Below are positions 18,475 to 28,454 of a stretch of DNA of 64,000 bases, piece after piece. The position numbers and the translations under genes are program-made. A model generated the notes under the pieces. It was not told the DNA's origin, did no database searches, and saw only the letters and a program-made list of their open reading frames with translations. Every line of letters starts with the position of its first letter. The first letter of the stretch is position 1. This DNA is from Polyangiaceae bacterium. Its GTDB lineage: Bacteria; Myxococcota_A; Polyangia; Polyangiales; Polyangiaceae. The stretch spans positions 30,939-94,938 of the forward strand of contig JANRKO010000080.1 of the NCBI GenBank assembly GCA_033763455.1. Direction: 5' to 3'.

Positions 18475-19857
18475 TTAGATGGGGGCTGGTTTTTGTTCCA
18501 GCGCCTTAGCCATCAGTGCAGGCAGCTTACCCATACGCTCTGCAACCGCCGAAAGGCGCGTTTCTTGGAAAGTTGCAAGCGTTGAGTGGATCGTGTTGTT
18601 GAAGGGTTGAAGCCAGCGTGGCTCTAGGCTGCCGGGTTCGTGGAATGCGCCGAGAATGGAGCCACAGGTGCAGCCAAAGCTGTCAGTATCGTTGCCTTGC
18701 GATACCTGCATGCAGATGCCCTCGCCAACATTTTTGGCGAAGCGGAGCGTGTTCATCACGGTGCCGATCTCCTGGTAGATCCTACAGTTACCAAAATCGC
18801 CGTACGCGTTGTGGACGCGCTCGTACCCCTCCAGCCAATTTGAGGATGTTTCCACCAGCTTCAGGCAATTGCGGTAGGCATCTGCGAAGCGGCTATTCTG
18901 CGGTACATATTGGCCTGCGATGCGGAAGATCTCCAAAGGATCTTTCACGACGAAGGCCGCGGCAATGGCAGCAGCTGTGAACATGGTCCCATAGATGCCG
19001 GTGCGCGTGTGCGTGAAGCTAGCGTCTCGCCAGGCGAGCTCGGATGCCAGAGCCGGGTTGCCCGCGCACGCATAGCCATAAGCGTCGGCACGAATCAGCG
19101 CTCCACAGAATTCATCGTGCGGGTTCAACAGGCTCACCCATTCATCGTAGGGAGCATCCGCATCGTAAAACGGGAACTCCGGATCATGGTGCATCGACCA
19201 AAGGCTGGCGCTGATGTTGACTACACGCTCGGGGCCCCAGCACCACCATGTTGCTAGGTTCTTAATCCAGGCATCCGCAAGGTGTTTTCGCTCCAGATTA
19301 AGCCCGTGTTTCTCCAGCAGCAACATCCCAAGAATCGAGTAGTTGATGTCATCATCGGGTGCCACAAAAGTGATGCGCTCGCGCACTGTAACCGGCCAAT
19401 CCGGGTGCCGATAGGCGAGTGGTTCCAACATGGCCTCCGTGATGTAGTCGTTGAGTGGCCAGGCTCCAACCTTTTCGGCCGCACTTCTGATCGTAGGAAG
19501 GTCGAGCCAACCCTCGATGGGTTTCCCCAAAATGCATCCCGCCACGGAGCTCAAGAACGCGGCCTCCACGCATGGCGCAATCTGAACAGGATCTACGACA
19601 ACGAGCGGGCGAAGAGCCCGTTTGGGATCGCTTTCGGCCTGGATGCTCAAAAGGTCATCGGGCTCAACATACTTCCAATCGGGGCGCATCGGTTGCTTCA
19701 CCAAGCGCTGAGCTAGCTCCATGAGGGCGTCGTAGCTTTTTTGGGGAGCTAGGCGCTCAAGCTCTTCGTCAAAGCCATCAATGACATGGCCTTGGCTGCC
19801 TTTGCTTTTGATCATGCCTTTGATTTGCTTAACAACGAGCTCAATGGACGGCATCAT
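18475..19857 (-). CDS. ADP-ribosylglycohydrolase family protein
   Basis: GCILGKPIEG, PDDDINY and GNDTDSFG motifs. Start moved to ATG 19857; the ORF track begins at 19980. Confidence 0.85.
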   Translation of the reverse strand: MMPSIELVVKQIKGMIKSKGSQGHVIDGFDEELERLAPQKSYDALMELAQRLVKQPMRPDWKYVEPDDLLSIQAESDPKRALRPLVVVDPVQIAPCVEAAFLSSVAGCILGKPIEGWLDLPTIRSAAEKVGAWPLNDYITEAMLEPLAYRHPDWPVTVRERITFVAPDDDINYSILGMLLLEKHGLNLERKHLADAWIKNLATWWCWGPERVVNISASLWSMHHDPEFPFYDADAPYDEWVSLLNPHDEFCGALIRADAYGYACAGNPALASELAWRDASFTHTRTGIYGTMFTAAAIAAAFVVKDPLEIFRIAGQYVPQNSRFADAYRNCLKLVETSSNWLEGYERVHNAYGDFGNCRIYQEIGTVMNTLRFAKNVGEGICMQVSQGNDTDSFGCTCGSILGAFHEPGSLEPRWLQPFNNTIHSTLATFQETRLSAVAERMGKLPALMAKALEQKPAPI

Positions 19858-19928
19858 GGCGTTGCACCTTTGAAGGAGGGGAATGTTCGCGGTCGCGCAC
19901 TTCACACCTAGCGCGTTCTTCGGGCAAT

Positions 19929-20423
19929 TCAAAGCTTCCGCTGTGGGTAAGGAGCACCGGCCTTGTTGGCCCACGTCCATTTGCCGTCGAGCAGGAGCCC
20001 CTTTAGGTCGTCGTCGGGGTAGGTCGCTTCGTCGCCTGGTGAGCGATCCCCAATCTCCAGGTACACCACTTCTTCGGTGCTGGTGTTAGCCAGACAGTGT
20101 GCGTTGCCGGTTCCTGCCTTAAAGCCAGCGCACATTCCTGGGCAAAGTTGGGTATCGCCTTCATCTGTTCGCAAAGTGGGTTGCCCTTGCAGGATGTAGA
20201 CGAATTCGTCCTGAGTCTTATGGGCGTGGCGCAGCGCGGAGACGGCTCCTGGCGCCAGCCGTGTTAGGTTTACTCCGAAGTTGGTCAGGCCAAAGATGCT
20301 GCCAAGTACGCGTTTCTCACGACCAATCATACGTGAGGCGAAGGGCTCAGGGTACACAGAAGGTGTGGTGCGGAGGGGCGCTTCGGCCGCCACTATGGCA
20401 GTGGGTAGTTTTGCGTCAGTCAT
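19929..20423 (-). CDS. Cupin domain protein
   Basis: YPEPF...GLTNFGVNL...SALRHAH..QDEFVYILQG...NAHCLAN; start at ATG 20423. Confidence 0.85.
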   Translation of the reverse strand: MTDAKLPTAIVAAEAPLRTTPSVYPEPFASRMIGREKRVLGSIFGLTNFGVNLTRLAPGAVSALRHAHKTQDEFVYILQGQPTLRTDEGDTQLCPGMCAGFKAGTGNAHCLANTSTEEVVYLEIGDRSPGDEATYPDDDLKGLLLDGKWTWANKAGAPYPQRKL

Positions 20424-20605
20424 GTCGTTGTCCTTGGTTGATGCCCCAAAGTTGCGCTGTTTGCGTGCCATCGGTGATTGAAAGCACGTTGTTTAGGCGT
20501 CTTGGTCGCCGGAAACAAGCCAGGCACCGCACGTGCCTTGCTTGGCCTAATATCAGTTGCTAGTGCGTGTGCCGCAAGCAACTCCCCCATTGGAGCTACC
20601 CCGAA

Positions 20606-21499
20606 ATGCGTTTTACACCGGAACACGTCTCGCAATGGCGAGAAGAAGGCTTCACAGTAATTGAGAATTTCTTCTCGGCGGAGGAGTGTGCGCCAGTTTT
20701 GGCCGACTATGAGGCGCTATATGGGCACATTCCCCAGGCGCTTGCGGCAAAAAGTAATGAGGGCACCCCGGTAAATGAGTCGCAGTTTCAGCACATCGAT
20801 TCATTGCCGTTTCGCGGTTCTAGCGCCATCAACCTCATGCCGCTGCACCCTCAACTCATAGCTTTTGCCAAGGCGCTGCTCGGGGTGGATGAGGTTCACC
20901 TCTACCAGGCGCATACTTGGGCGAAGTTTACGGGTGCTACCGACTATGATCAGAAGTTTCACTGTGATTTTGGAAACCACACGTTAACTGTTCCGTCTGA
21001 AGACGTGAGTCAGCGCACGGTAGATTTTATCTTCTACTTCACCGATGTTACACGCGCGCACGGCGCGCTTCGTTACGTTACCAAGCCCGACGTGATCGCG
21101 ACGCTCGGGCACCTGGGGCTAGAGCGCCCGAACGATGAGGAAAATCAGCGTTTGTTGCAGAAAGAGCGCGCGGTTGAGGTCCCCGCCGGCTCGCTGGTTG
21201 CCCATGGCATTGATACCATGCACCGAGGGAGCAACCTTACCGCGCCGAACGGGCGCAGATTCTCGATGACAGTGGGGTACAAAGCCGCGGGCAACGACAA
21301 TATCGGCTTTCACGTCTGGCAAGTTCAGCCCAACAGCACCTGGCCGTTGGTGTTCAAACATGCGAGCCCGGAGCAATTGGCATGCCTTGGCATTCCGAGG
21401 CCTGGCGCTCCTTTTTGGACCCAGTGGACGCTTGAGCAGACTCAGGCTCGTTGGCCCGATTGGGACATGCGGGAATACTTCGCTCAGCGAAGTCGCTGA
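20606..21499 (+). CDS. Phytanoyl-CoA dioxygenase (PhyH)-family Fe(II)/2OG dioxygenase
   Basis: WREEGFTVIENFFS start, HxD (FHCD) and distal H (TMHRGS). Confidence 0.85.
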   Translation: MRFTPEHVSQWREEGFTVIENFFSAEECAPVLADYEALYGHIPQALAAKSNEGTPVNESQFQHIDSLPFRGSSAINLMPLHPQLIAFAKALLGVDEVHLYQAHTWAKFTGATDYDQKFHCDFGNHTLTVPSEDVSQRTVDFIFYFTDVTRAHGALRYVTKPDVIATLGHLGLERPNDEENQRLLQKERAVEVPAGSLVAHGIDTMHRGSNLTAPNGRRFSMTVGYKAAGNDNIGFHVWQVQPNSTWPLVFKHASPEQLACLGIPRPGAPFWTQWTLEQTQARWPDWDMREYFAQRSR

Positions 21500-21508
21500 G
21501 CCTGCTCG

Positions 21509-21817
21509 TTAGGCGCTTGCGCTCAGCGCTTGCGGCGGTACGGCGACGGCGAGAGTCGGCATTGCAACGTCGCGCATGTCGATAGTCCCCGACGCGTGAG
21601 AGGTGAGCGCCATCGCTCGCACCATCAGCTCGATCCGATTCGAGCACTCCGCCTTTTTGAGGATGCGCGTGATGTGTGCCTCTACTGTCTTGATTGAGCG
21701 GCTCAATTCGCGCGCGATGGTGCTATTGGGCGTCCCCGTCACAAGTAGGTGGACAACGATTTTCTCCACTTCCGTAAGGTTCCAGTGGCTTGAAAGTTCT
21801 TCGATTGCGATTGACAT
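21509..21817 (-). CDS. Stand-alone LuxR-type helix-turn-helix regulator
   Basis: LTEVE..IV.LLVTG..N..IARELSRSIKTVEAHITRILKK; RBS GGGAGG upstream. Confidence 0.85.
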   Translation of the reverse strand: MSIAIEELSSHWNLTEVEKIVVHLLVTGTPNSTIARELSRSIKTVEAHITRILKKAECSNRIELMVRAMALTSHASGTIDMRDVAMPTLAVAVPPQALSASA

Positions 21818-21872
21818 GGTGCCTCCCTGATTGTGCTTAAAGCCTGCGTGGCTCTGAGGTGCCTGGGCTTAA

Positions 21873-21887
21873 GCATGGGTTGTGCCA
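21873..21887 (-). promoter_or_regulatory. Sigma54 -24/-12 promoter of the LuxR gene
   Basis: Minus strand TGGCAC-AACCC-ATGC, about 55 nt upstream of the ATG. Confidence 0.6.
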
Positions 21888-22196
21888 ATGCATTCTGCGC
21901 ACTGAATTGGGCTCAATTGGCGGAGGTGAGCCAGGATGTGGCACATCAGAAGGGGCCTCGGAAGTGTGCCAATGTTGTGCCAAATCCGCGCCCACCGTCG
22001 TGGTACGCGGCGGAGTGCGGCCCCCATTTTTTCGTCGTCGTGGGTACTTAGCATGACAAGTATCGCTTGGCAGAACCGCAGGCGACCCAGGCGTCGACGC
22101 GTTGTGCCGCGAGCGGCAAGTTGTGCTTACCCCAGGAGTTCGATCGTGAACGGCGGCGCTTTACCAGAGGGGCACGCTGAAGCAACATGCAGAACA

Positions 22197-23378
22197 ATGC
22201 CATTGCGACGGCCTCGCGTCGGGAACCGCCGGAAGACCGCGAAGGTTGCGGGCTGCACGCTGGTCGCTGCGGCCCTCGGCAGTTGCTGGGTGAGCATTGC
22301 TCCGCCCGCGGAGGATCTACCTTTCGGGCTAGCTGGTACCGGTTCTCTGGACACCGGTGGTGCTGCCGTGGTTTTGGGAGGCGGTGGGAGCATGTCCACC
22401 ACCGGCGGCGCTGACGGCGTGGGTGGTGCCAACAGTGCGGGTGGCTCGGAGCCAGCAAATTCGGTCGACTGCAAAGCCGACGAAAAGGTTTGCGGCGGTC
22501 GTTGTGTAAAGCTTGTTGATCCACTCACGGGATGCGCCGATCCCGATTGCGCACCCTGCAATCTGCACGGGGATGCTTCCTGCAACAATATGGGGGCATG
22601 TGTCGTCGAAAGCTGTGCCTCAGGCTGGGCCAACTGTGACGGAAGTGCTCGGAACGGTTGTGAACACCAATTTGGGGACTCTGTGCTGGACACAAGCCCT
22701 GGCTCACCGCTTCTCGTTAGCGAAATTGCTTTACCGCCGATGGCAAGCGATTGGGCTATAGTGCCGCTAGCTCCAGTGGCAAAAGCGTGCGCTGGGTGCA
22801 TCGCAAGCATGCCCGGTGGCAAAAATGAGCCAGCAATCGTGAACGTTGGAGAAGCTCCTCCGTGGAACGATATTTCAGCATATTTTCGCTTGGGCCATAA
22901 CGCCAACGCGCTATATCTGGAGGCTCTGGTGTTCGACAATGAGTTGATTGCGGGCAGCTCCGCGCTCCCGCTCCCGCCTCTTGAGCAAGACTCTATCCTG
23001 GTGCTGTTCGACGGCAAACACGATGGAGGTGGATATGGCGCTGACGACCACTACCTCCAGCTCGGGCTCAATGGCGCGGTCAACGAGCAGGAAAGGGCGA
23101 GCGATCCCGCCGGGGTCACCCTCGGGATCGAGAGCCTAGGGCCCGCGTGCTACCGGATGCAGGCCACGTTCACCTGGGCTTTCATCTCCGGGCTGGTTGG
23201 TACGCCCAACGTGCGCCCTCCGCCGGGTACCACCCTTGGTTTTGACGTCATGGCGAATGACGTAGATAGAAACCCAGAGAACAACATGCCGGAGCGCCAA
23301 TCGTTGCTATTTTGGCAACTGCCGGGAACTACGTTTGCTTACAATACGGATGGCTTCCCGGCGATCACGTTGCAGTAG
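22197..23378 (+). CDS. Lipoprotein with Gly-rich linker, Cys-rich module and CBM9/DOMON-like C-terminal domain
   Basis: ALGS-C lipobox; DISAYFRLGHNANALYL...QDSILVLFDG...LGFDVMAND pattern. Start uncertain; the ORF track begins at 21936. Confidence 0.65.
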   Translation: MPLRRPRVGNRRKTAKVAGCTLVAAALGSCWVSIAPPAEDLPFGLAGTGSLDTGGAAVVLGGGGSMSTTGGADGVGGANSAGGSEPANSVDCKADEKVCGGRCVKLVDPLTGCADPDCAPCNLHGDASCNNMGACVVESCASGWANCDGSARNGCEHQFGDSVLDTSPGSPLLVSEIALPPMASDWAIVPLAPVAKACAGCIASMPGGKNEPAIVNVGEAPPWNDISAYFRLGHNANALYLEALVFDNELIAGSSALPLPPLEQDSILVLFDGKHDGGGYGADDHYLQLGLNGAVNEQERASDPAGVTLGIESLGPACYRMQATFTWAFISGLVGTPNVRPPPGTTLGFDVMANDVDRNPENNMPERQSLLFWQLPGTTFAYNTDGFPAITLQ

Positions 23379-23387
23379 GCCAAAATG

Positions 23388-23424
23388 CCAAATCGCCGCG
23401 GGCGGGGAGCCGGCGGCGACTTGG
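23388..23424. terminator. Hairpin between convergent genes
   Basis: TCGCCGC (23393) and GCGGCGA (23413) arms with CCAA/TTGG flanks. Confidence 0.45.
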
Positions 23425-23443
23425 GGTTACGAACGCTGAGCGA

Positions 23444-24310
23444 TTACTGGGTGATTGCCTTCAGATTTTCAATGCAGAAGTCGAATGCAACAGCTCCCTG
23501 CATGGTGGAAGGGATCTGAAACTGGATCGACAATACTTGCGAAGCATCGATAGGTGTCTTGGTGGTGACCCAGCTGCCTTGCATCGCCTCGGTGAAAAGG
23601 ACGGTATTTTGTCCCACAACGCCGGCTTTGAAGTTGGAGTCCGTTGCCGTACTTGGGGTGGGTAGATTCACGCGGAGGCCCGGCGCCGTTCCTGTGAGCG
23701 TGAACGAGAAGCCCTTCACACCTTTGGACGCTGCGTTGTACGGAAGCTTCATAGCCATGGCTCCGCCGGAATTGTTCAGGTCGAGTGCGATGCCGGCGCC
23801 CCACTTGGTGGAGAATTCGGTAGGGGCCTTCACCTGAGCGGTGGTGCCGCTCGTGCACATCTTGCCGCCCACATTCGCGAACTCGCCCTTGGGAGGCATG
23901 TGGTTCGTCGTGCAATCACTGGGCGAGTCGTTGCAGTCGTTGTACGAGTACCAGGGGCCCTGGATACCGAGCGTGTTGCTGCCAGCGTCGACCCAACCGG
24001 TGGCGGTCGGAGTGAGGGCCTGTCCGCCCGTTGGGGCGGGAACCACGGGCGTGGTGCCGGTGGTGGTGGGCGTGACGTTCGGGGAGGTTGTCGTCGTGGT
24101 GGGGGCCGGCGTGGTGGGGGCTCCTGTGCCGGTGGGCACCGGAACTACGGTTGTGCCGGTTGGGACTGCGCCGGTAGTCATCGAACCTGTGGGGGCAGTC
24201 ATTGCACGGTTGGGGTTTTGGTAGGCGTCGTCGCCTGCGCTACAGCCAGCGAGCGTTGTGGCCGTGAAGCCAAGCAGAAGGAACGTGGACGCGGAAGTTA
24301 TGTGCTGCAT
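23444..24310 (-). CDS. Lipoprotein, Pro/Thr linker plus CBM11-like carbohydrate-binding domain
   Basis: LAG-C lipobox; WYSYND, WGAGIALDLN, GFSFTL and FDFCIENL parallel the 35187 protein. Confidence 0.65.
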   Translation of the reverse strand: MQHITSASTFLLLGFTATTLAGCSAGDDAYQNPNRAMTAPTGSMTTGAVPTGTTVVPVPTGTGAPTTPAPTTTTTSPNVTPTTTGTTPVVPAPTGGQALTPTATGWVDAGSNTLGIQGPWYSYNDCNDSPSDCTTNHMPPKGEFANVGGKMCTSGTTAQVKAPTEFSTKWGAGIALDLNNSGGAMAMKLPYNAASKGVKGFSFTLTGTAPGLRVNLPTPSTATDSNFKAGVVGQNTVLFTEAMQGSWVTTKTPIDASQVLSIQFQIPSTMQGAVAFDFCIENLKAITQ

Positions 24311-24442
24311 AGTGTCTCCGATCGGGGAATAGCCCAGGTAAGCTGTGCCCTGGGTCGAAGTTGAATGTTCGACGCGCGCCCGGTTCGCGGTGTGCTGCGC
24401 CGACCCTGAGCGTTTTAGCTGCAGCTTAGCGACTTACAAGAT

Positions 24443-24542
24443 GATCGATGTGATCGTCCCGGAGCTTGGCGGTTGCGTGGCGCTAACGTCGATGAAAATG
24501 AGGGAATCAAGTCGATTCGATGCGCCTGCGATCTACCGGATC
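24443..24542. promoter_or_regulatory. Two GATC-N5-GATC palindromic sites (24443-24455, 24530-24542)
   Basis: Exact matches in the intergenic region upstream of the CBM lipoprotein gene. Confidence 0.6.
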
Positions 24543-24563
24543 GCTTCGTTTAGCCGTCGAAAT

Positions 24564-25478
24564 CTAAAATTCGAACTTCGGCGAGCTGAGCAGCAAGAGC
24601 CCGGTTCCCGTCGAGGCTGCAGCGCCCGCCCAGGCGAGATTCGTAAAAAGCCGAAGGCTGTGCGCTTGCGATTCCTTGCCCTTATCGCGATTGCCGGAGT
24701 CGTCCCAGGCTTGATTGGCCTGGAGGAACTTCACTCCTAATACTACAGCACCTCCAGCTAACACCGCTCCGGTGCCGACCCCAAACCAGCCCCAAAACTG
24801 CCTGTTGCTATCCGTTCTTGGTTGCTCCGGTCTAGGTGCGGTGAAAGCTGCCATGGGCGCAGCTTTTTGCGCGTTGTGCGACGTGGGCTGGGGTGAAGGT
24901 GCCGGCGCATTTGTCGGGCTGGCCTCGGCGTTCGTGGTGGGCGAAGTGCTTGGCAGGTTGAGCGTCTGCGCTTCGCCCGCAGCAAGCTTAATTTGTTTCG
25001 ATAGGGTGGCGCCGTTCGGGTACACGATGCGGACCAGGTACGTTCCGGCGCCTAGGTGCGTGCGCACTGGAATCGACACGCGTTCCAAGTGGCCCACCGA
25101 AAGCTGCCCGCCGACCGGCTCAGGCACTAGCAGATAGCCGAGCGTCCGCTTCAGAACCTCCAAACGCGAACGCGCCTGGTCAAGGTTGGGCTCCTCCAGG
25201 CCACCAACGGCGAGCGCTGTTTCGAAGTTGTTTGCTGCTCGTTCGGGTTCGTTCGCCTCTTGCCACGCAACGGCTGCGTTGAAGAGGGCTTGGGCACGTG
25301 GGGCGAGGCGATACGCCTCCTCGAAAAGCCGAGCGGCTTCGGCATGGGCTCCTCGCTCGTGAGCTTCGGCGGCTTCATGGAAGCGCTCTTTGGCCAACGA
25401 GAGTTGCTCCGAACTCTCCGCGGCCTCGGCCCGGAGGGCGCACAACGTCACGAAAAGAAAACAGGTGAAGGCGCGCAT
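24564..25478 (-). CDS. Secreted TPR plus PEGA-like protein with a C-terminal hydrophobic/Gly-rich segment
   Basis: Signal peptide AEA; 'AEAARLFEEAYRLAPRAQALFNAA' TPR; Pro-rich linker; ends FEF. Confidence 0.75.
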   Translation of the reverse strand: MRAFTCFLFVTLCALRAEAAESSEQLSLAKERFHEAAEAHERGAHAEAARLFEEAYRLAPRAQALFNAAVAWQEANEPERAANNFETALAVGGLEEPNLDQARSRLEVLKRTLGYLLVPEPVGGQLSVGHLERVSIPVRTHLGAGTYLVRIVYPNGATLSKQIKLAAGEAQTLNLPSTSPTTNAEASPTNAPAPSPQPTSHNAQKAAPMAAFTAPRPEQPRTDSNRQFWGWFGVGTGAVLAGGAVVLGVKFLQANQAWDDSGNRDKGKESQAHSLRLFTNLAWAGAAASTGTGLLLLSSPKFEF

Positions 25479-25481
25479 GAG

Positions 25482-27044
25482 CTAGTAAGGATCTTTGGCA
25501 AGGCTGAGCCCAGGTTCAACCGCCCTCGGCTTCTTAACAACTTTTTGCGGCGCTGGTGCGTCCGCGGCGGGCCTGACCTTCTGTGGTTGGGGGGTCACGA
25601 CGGCCGGTGGTGCAACCGGTGGCGGCGCCTCGGGGGGCGGCGCGGTCGGCGTCAGGCTGCTCGCAGGTGGCTGAACTTCGACCCGAACCATGTTGGGCTC
25701 CGGAGCCGAACCAGCAGAAGGTCCAGCCGGCTGCTCCGGGCGACGAATCAACGCAAGCAAACCCAGAATCAGGATAACGCCTACGGCTGATAACGCCACA
25801 AGCATCGGTGTGCGCTTCTTCGGCGGGCTAACCGAGGCCGCTGAGATGGTGCTCTCCGTAACTTCGCGCGGAGCTCGGGCGAAGTTGGCGCTGGCCTTCG
25901 AAAGAGGCGTCGGGTTCCACTCAATGTTCCCGGGTGCCGCAGCGTGTTGGTAAACGGGAAGCTCGCCCTCGCGTTGTGGCGCAAGCTCGAGCTCGCGTGG
26001 GGTGGCGCTTTGGGGGCCTGCATCGCGAGCTATCTCCACCATGCGTTTTCGTAACTCTTGCACCTCGGCAATGCGTTGGCGCTGCGTGCGCAGGCGCTCT
26101 CCCACGAGCTCCGACACAAATGCCGCTACTTCCTCGCGGTCCGCGATGCCGTCGTGTTTTAGCCAAAACCGTTCCAGGTTCTTTCGAAGCTCAACGGCAC
26201 TTGGGCAGCGCGTTTCCACGTCCATGCTGAGCGCACTCGCGACGATATCGTCGAGCTCGGGAGAAACTTCGGGAAGCACCGTGGAGAGGCGAGGCGGCGC
26301 TTCCGTAACGATTTTGAGCAATGTGGATACGGCATCGCTCTTGGGGAATAGCCTCCGGCTAGCTGCTAATTCCCACAAAACCACGCCTGCCGCCCATACG
26401 TCGCAGCGGCGGTCGAGCGCGTGCCCGCGCGCCTGCTCGGGGGACATATAGCCGATCTTTCCCTTAACCATACCGGTGCGCGTGCGCACGGCGCGGTCGC
26501 TCGCTTTGGCGACGCTAAAATCTGTGAGGCGAGCGACACCATCTACGCCCACCATGATGTTGTGCGGTGAGAAGTCGCGGTGCACGAGGCCGAGAAATGC
26601 GCCATCTTCACCCTTAAGTCCATGCGCTTCTTCCAGCCCGCACAAGGCATCGCTCATGATGCGCGCCAAAAGGCGGTTCTGCTTTTTGGCATCCATGTCG
26701 GGCCACACCCGCAATAGGCCCGCCAGGCTGTCACCCTCAACGTACTCCAGCACCAAATAAAGCCCGAACGCCTCATCGCCGACCTCCAAAACCGGCACAA
26801 CGTTGGGGTGCCGTATGCGGGCCGCCAAGCGGGCTTCATCTAGAAGATGGAGCTTGGATTCCTCATCCTCACGCAGGTGTGCATGCATCACCTTGACGGC
26901 CACGTCGCGCTCGAAGCCACCCGCACCTCGGTAGCGCCCGAGGTACACCGTAGCCATCCCGCCGCTGCCGATGGGAAGCAACAGCTCATAGCGACCCAAG
27001 CGTTCGGGGAAAGCCAGACTCGGGTCAGAAGGGGATATGGACAC
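25482..27044 (-). CDS. Membrane-anchored Hanks-type Ser/Thr protein kinase
   Basis: GSGGMATV, VAVK, HRDFSPHN, DFS, GYMSPEQ, DVWAAG; one TM and a Pro-rich tail. Confidence 0.95.
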   Translation of the reverse strand: MSISPSDPSLAFPERLGRYELLLPIGSGGMATVYLGRYRGAGGFERDVAVKVMHAHLREDEESKLHLLDEARLAARIRHPNVVPVLEVGDEAFGLYLVLEYVEGDSLAGLLRVWPDMDAKKQNRLLARIMSDALCGLEEAHGLKGEDGAFLGLVHRDFSPHNIMVGVDGVARLTDFSVAKASDRAVRTRTGMVKGKIGYMSPEQARGHALDRRCDVWAAGVVLWELAASRRLFPKSDAVSTLLKIVTEAPPRLSTVLPEVSPELDDIVASALSMDVETRCPSAVELRKNLERFWLKHDGIADREEVAAFVSELVGERLRTQRQRIAEVQELRKRMVEIARDAGPQSATPRELELAPQREGELPVYQHAAAPGNIEWNPTPLSKASANFARAPREVTESTISAASVSPPKKRTPMLVALSAVGVILILGLLALIRRPEQPAGPSAGSAPEPNMVRVEVQPPASSLTPTAPPPEAPPPVAPPAVVTPQPQKVRPAADAPAPQKVVKKPRAVEPGLSLAKDPY

Positions 27045-27047
27045 TGA

Positions 27048-28454
27048 TTAGCCTGCCGGAGCCTTACCTAGCTTGGCTTTTAGCACTTGAAAGTAGCGGC
27101 GTGCCACCTGAGCGCCTTCGGCGGCCCGCGTGACGTTCCCCCCATGTTTGCTCATCATGCGACGAACGTAGGCTCTTTCGAACTGTTCCACGACACGTTG
27201 GCGAGCATCCCCGAGCGGAAGTTCGAGCGCCTCATCGAGGACGCGAGCCAGGGCGGCCCCGTCCGCTGGAGAAGAAGAGGGCGGTGCGTCCTCGTCGCCG
27301 GAGGCTCGCTCCATCAACTCAAGGCTTGCAAGCTCTCCGAGCGCAAGGTGTCGTGCGACAGTGTTCCTAAGTTCTCGGATATTTCCCGGCCATGGGAGCT
27401 CCTCCCAGCGGGCGATGAGGCTTTGGCTGATGAGGGCGGGGTCTCCGCCGAGCTCTTCGCAGAAGTGTTGAACCAGCACCGCGATATCACCGCGCCTTCG
27501 ATTCAGTGGTGGTAGCTCGATGCGCGCAACTGCCAAGCGGTGGAAGAGATCATCGCGGAAGCGACCACTTTGGACTTCACGATCAAGGTCGCGCCGTGTG
27601 GCGGCAATGATCCGCACATCCACCTTGACCACCCGCTCCCCCCCGATTGGGCGGAATTCTCCCCGCTCCATCGCTCTCAAAAGCTTCGGTTGAAGGGAAA
27701 GATCGAGATCCCCGATTTCGTCGATCAGCAACGTGCCGCCGTGTGCCTGCTCAAGCACACCACGACGCGAGCTAACGGCACCGGTGAAGGCGCCGCGTTC
27801 ATGCCCAAAGAGCTCCGTTTCGATCAGATTTACTGGCACCGCCGTGCAGTCGAAAACAAGGAACGGGGCTGCTGCGCGCGGGCCTTGTTCATGAATCGCC
27901 TCGGCTAGTAGTTCCTTTCCGGTGCCGGTCTCGCCTTCAATGATCACCGGGACACTGCTGGCCGCGAGGCGTTCGCATAAGGGGTACAAGCGGCGCATTT
28001 CTGTGCTCGCACCGAGCACTCGCCCAAATCCCATTGCCTGGGAAAGGCGTGGAGCTGAAGCGGCCCCTTCGGCTTCCAACCTGAACAGCGTGGACCCCAC
28101 ACGCACGAGCTCGCCCCCTTGAAGAAAGGCGTCAAGTATGGGGAGCTCACCCACGAAGGTGCCGTTCTTGGAGCCAAGATCCACGATTCTCACGCGTTGC
28201 CCCGTGGGCTCTAGAGCGACGTGGCGCCGCGATACCATCGGATCGGTTAATCGAATGTCACACGCCGGACCTTGCCCCACCAGGATCCGTGACGCTTGGG
28301 ATCCATCCAGCCGAATCTCTAGCCCTTTGTCCGGCCCATCCACGACCTTTAGCCTGAAGGCTTTGGATGCTGGCGTTGGGTCGAACCGTGCATGCATGAC
28401 GGTAGAGTTCTCGTCACCAAGGCTTCTAAGGTCGTTGGTATCAGCGAATGGCAT
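27048..28454 (-). CDS. FHA-domain sigma54 enhancer-binding protein
   Basis: FHA (VSRRH, DLGSKNGT), GETGTGKE, GAFTGA, WPGNIREL and a C-terminal Fis-type HTH. Confidence 0.95.
   Translation of the reverse strand: MPFADTNDLRSLGDENSTVMHARFDPTPASKAFRLKVVDGPDKGLEIRLDGSQASRILVGQGPACDIRLTDPMVSRRHVALEPTGQRVRIVDLGSKNGTFVGELPILDAFLQGGELVRVGSTLFRLEAEGAASAPRLSQAMGFGRVLGASTEMRRLYPLCERLAASSVPVIIEGETGTGKELLAEAIHEQGPRAAAPFLVFDCTAVPVNLIETELFGHERGAFTGAVSSRRGVLEQAHGGTLLIDEIGDLDLSLQPKLLRAMERGEFRPIGGERVVKVDVRIIAATRRDLDREVQSGRFRDDLFHRLAVARIELPPLNRRRGDIAVLVQHFCEELGGDPALISQSLIARWEELPWPGNIRELRNTVARHLALGELASLELMERASGDEDAPPSSSPADGAALARVLDEALELPLGDARQRVVEQFERAYVRRMMSKHGGNVTRAAEGAQVARRYFQVLKAKLGKAPAG

Noticed and set aside
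18475..19857. ADP-ribosylglycohydrolase as part of the PGA system or an antitoxin
   Set aside because: It is convergent with the operon and no ADP-ribosyltransferase is nearby; adjacency alone is insufficient.
22127..23017. Long antisense ORFs (also 28850-29620, 43001-43720, 47492-48445)
   Set aside because: Shadows of well-supported genes in GC-rich DNA, with no motifs of their own.
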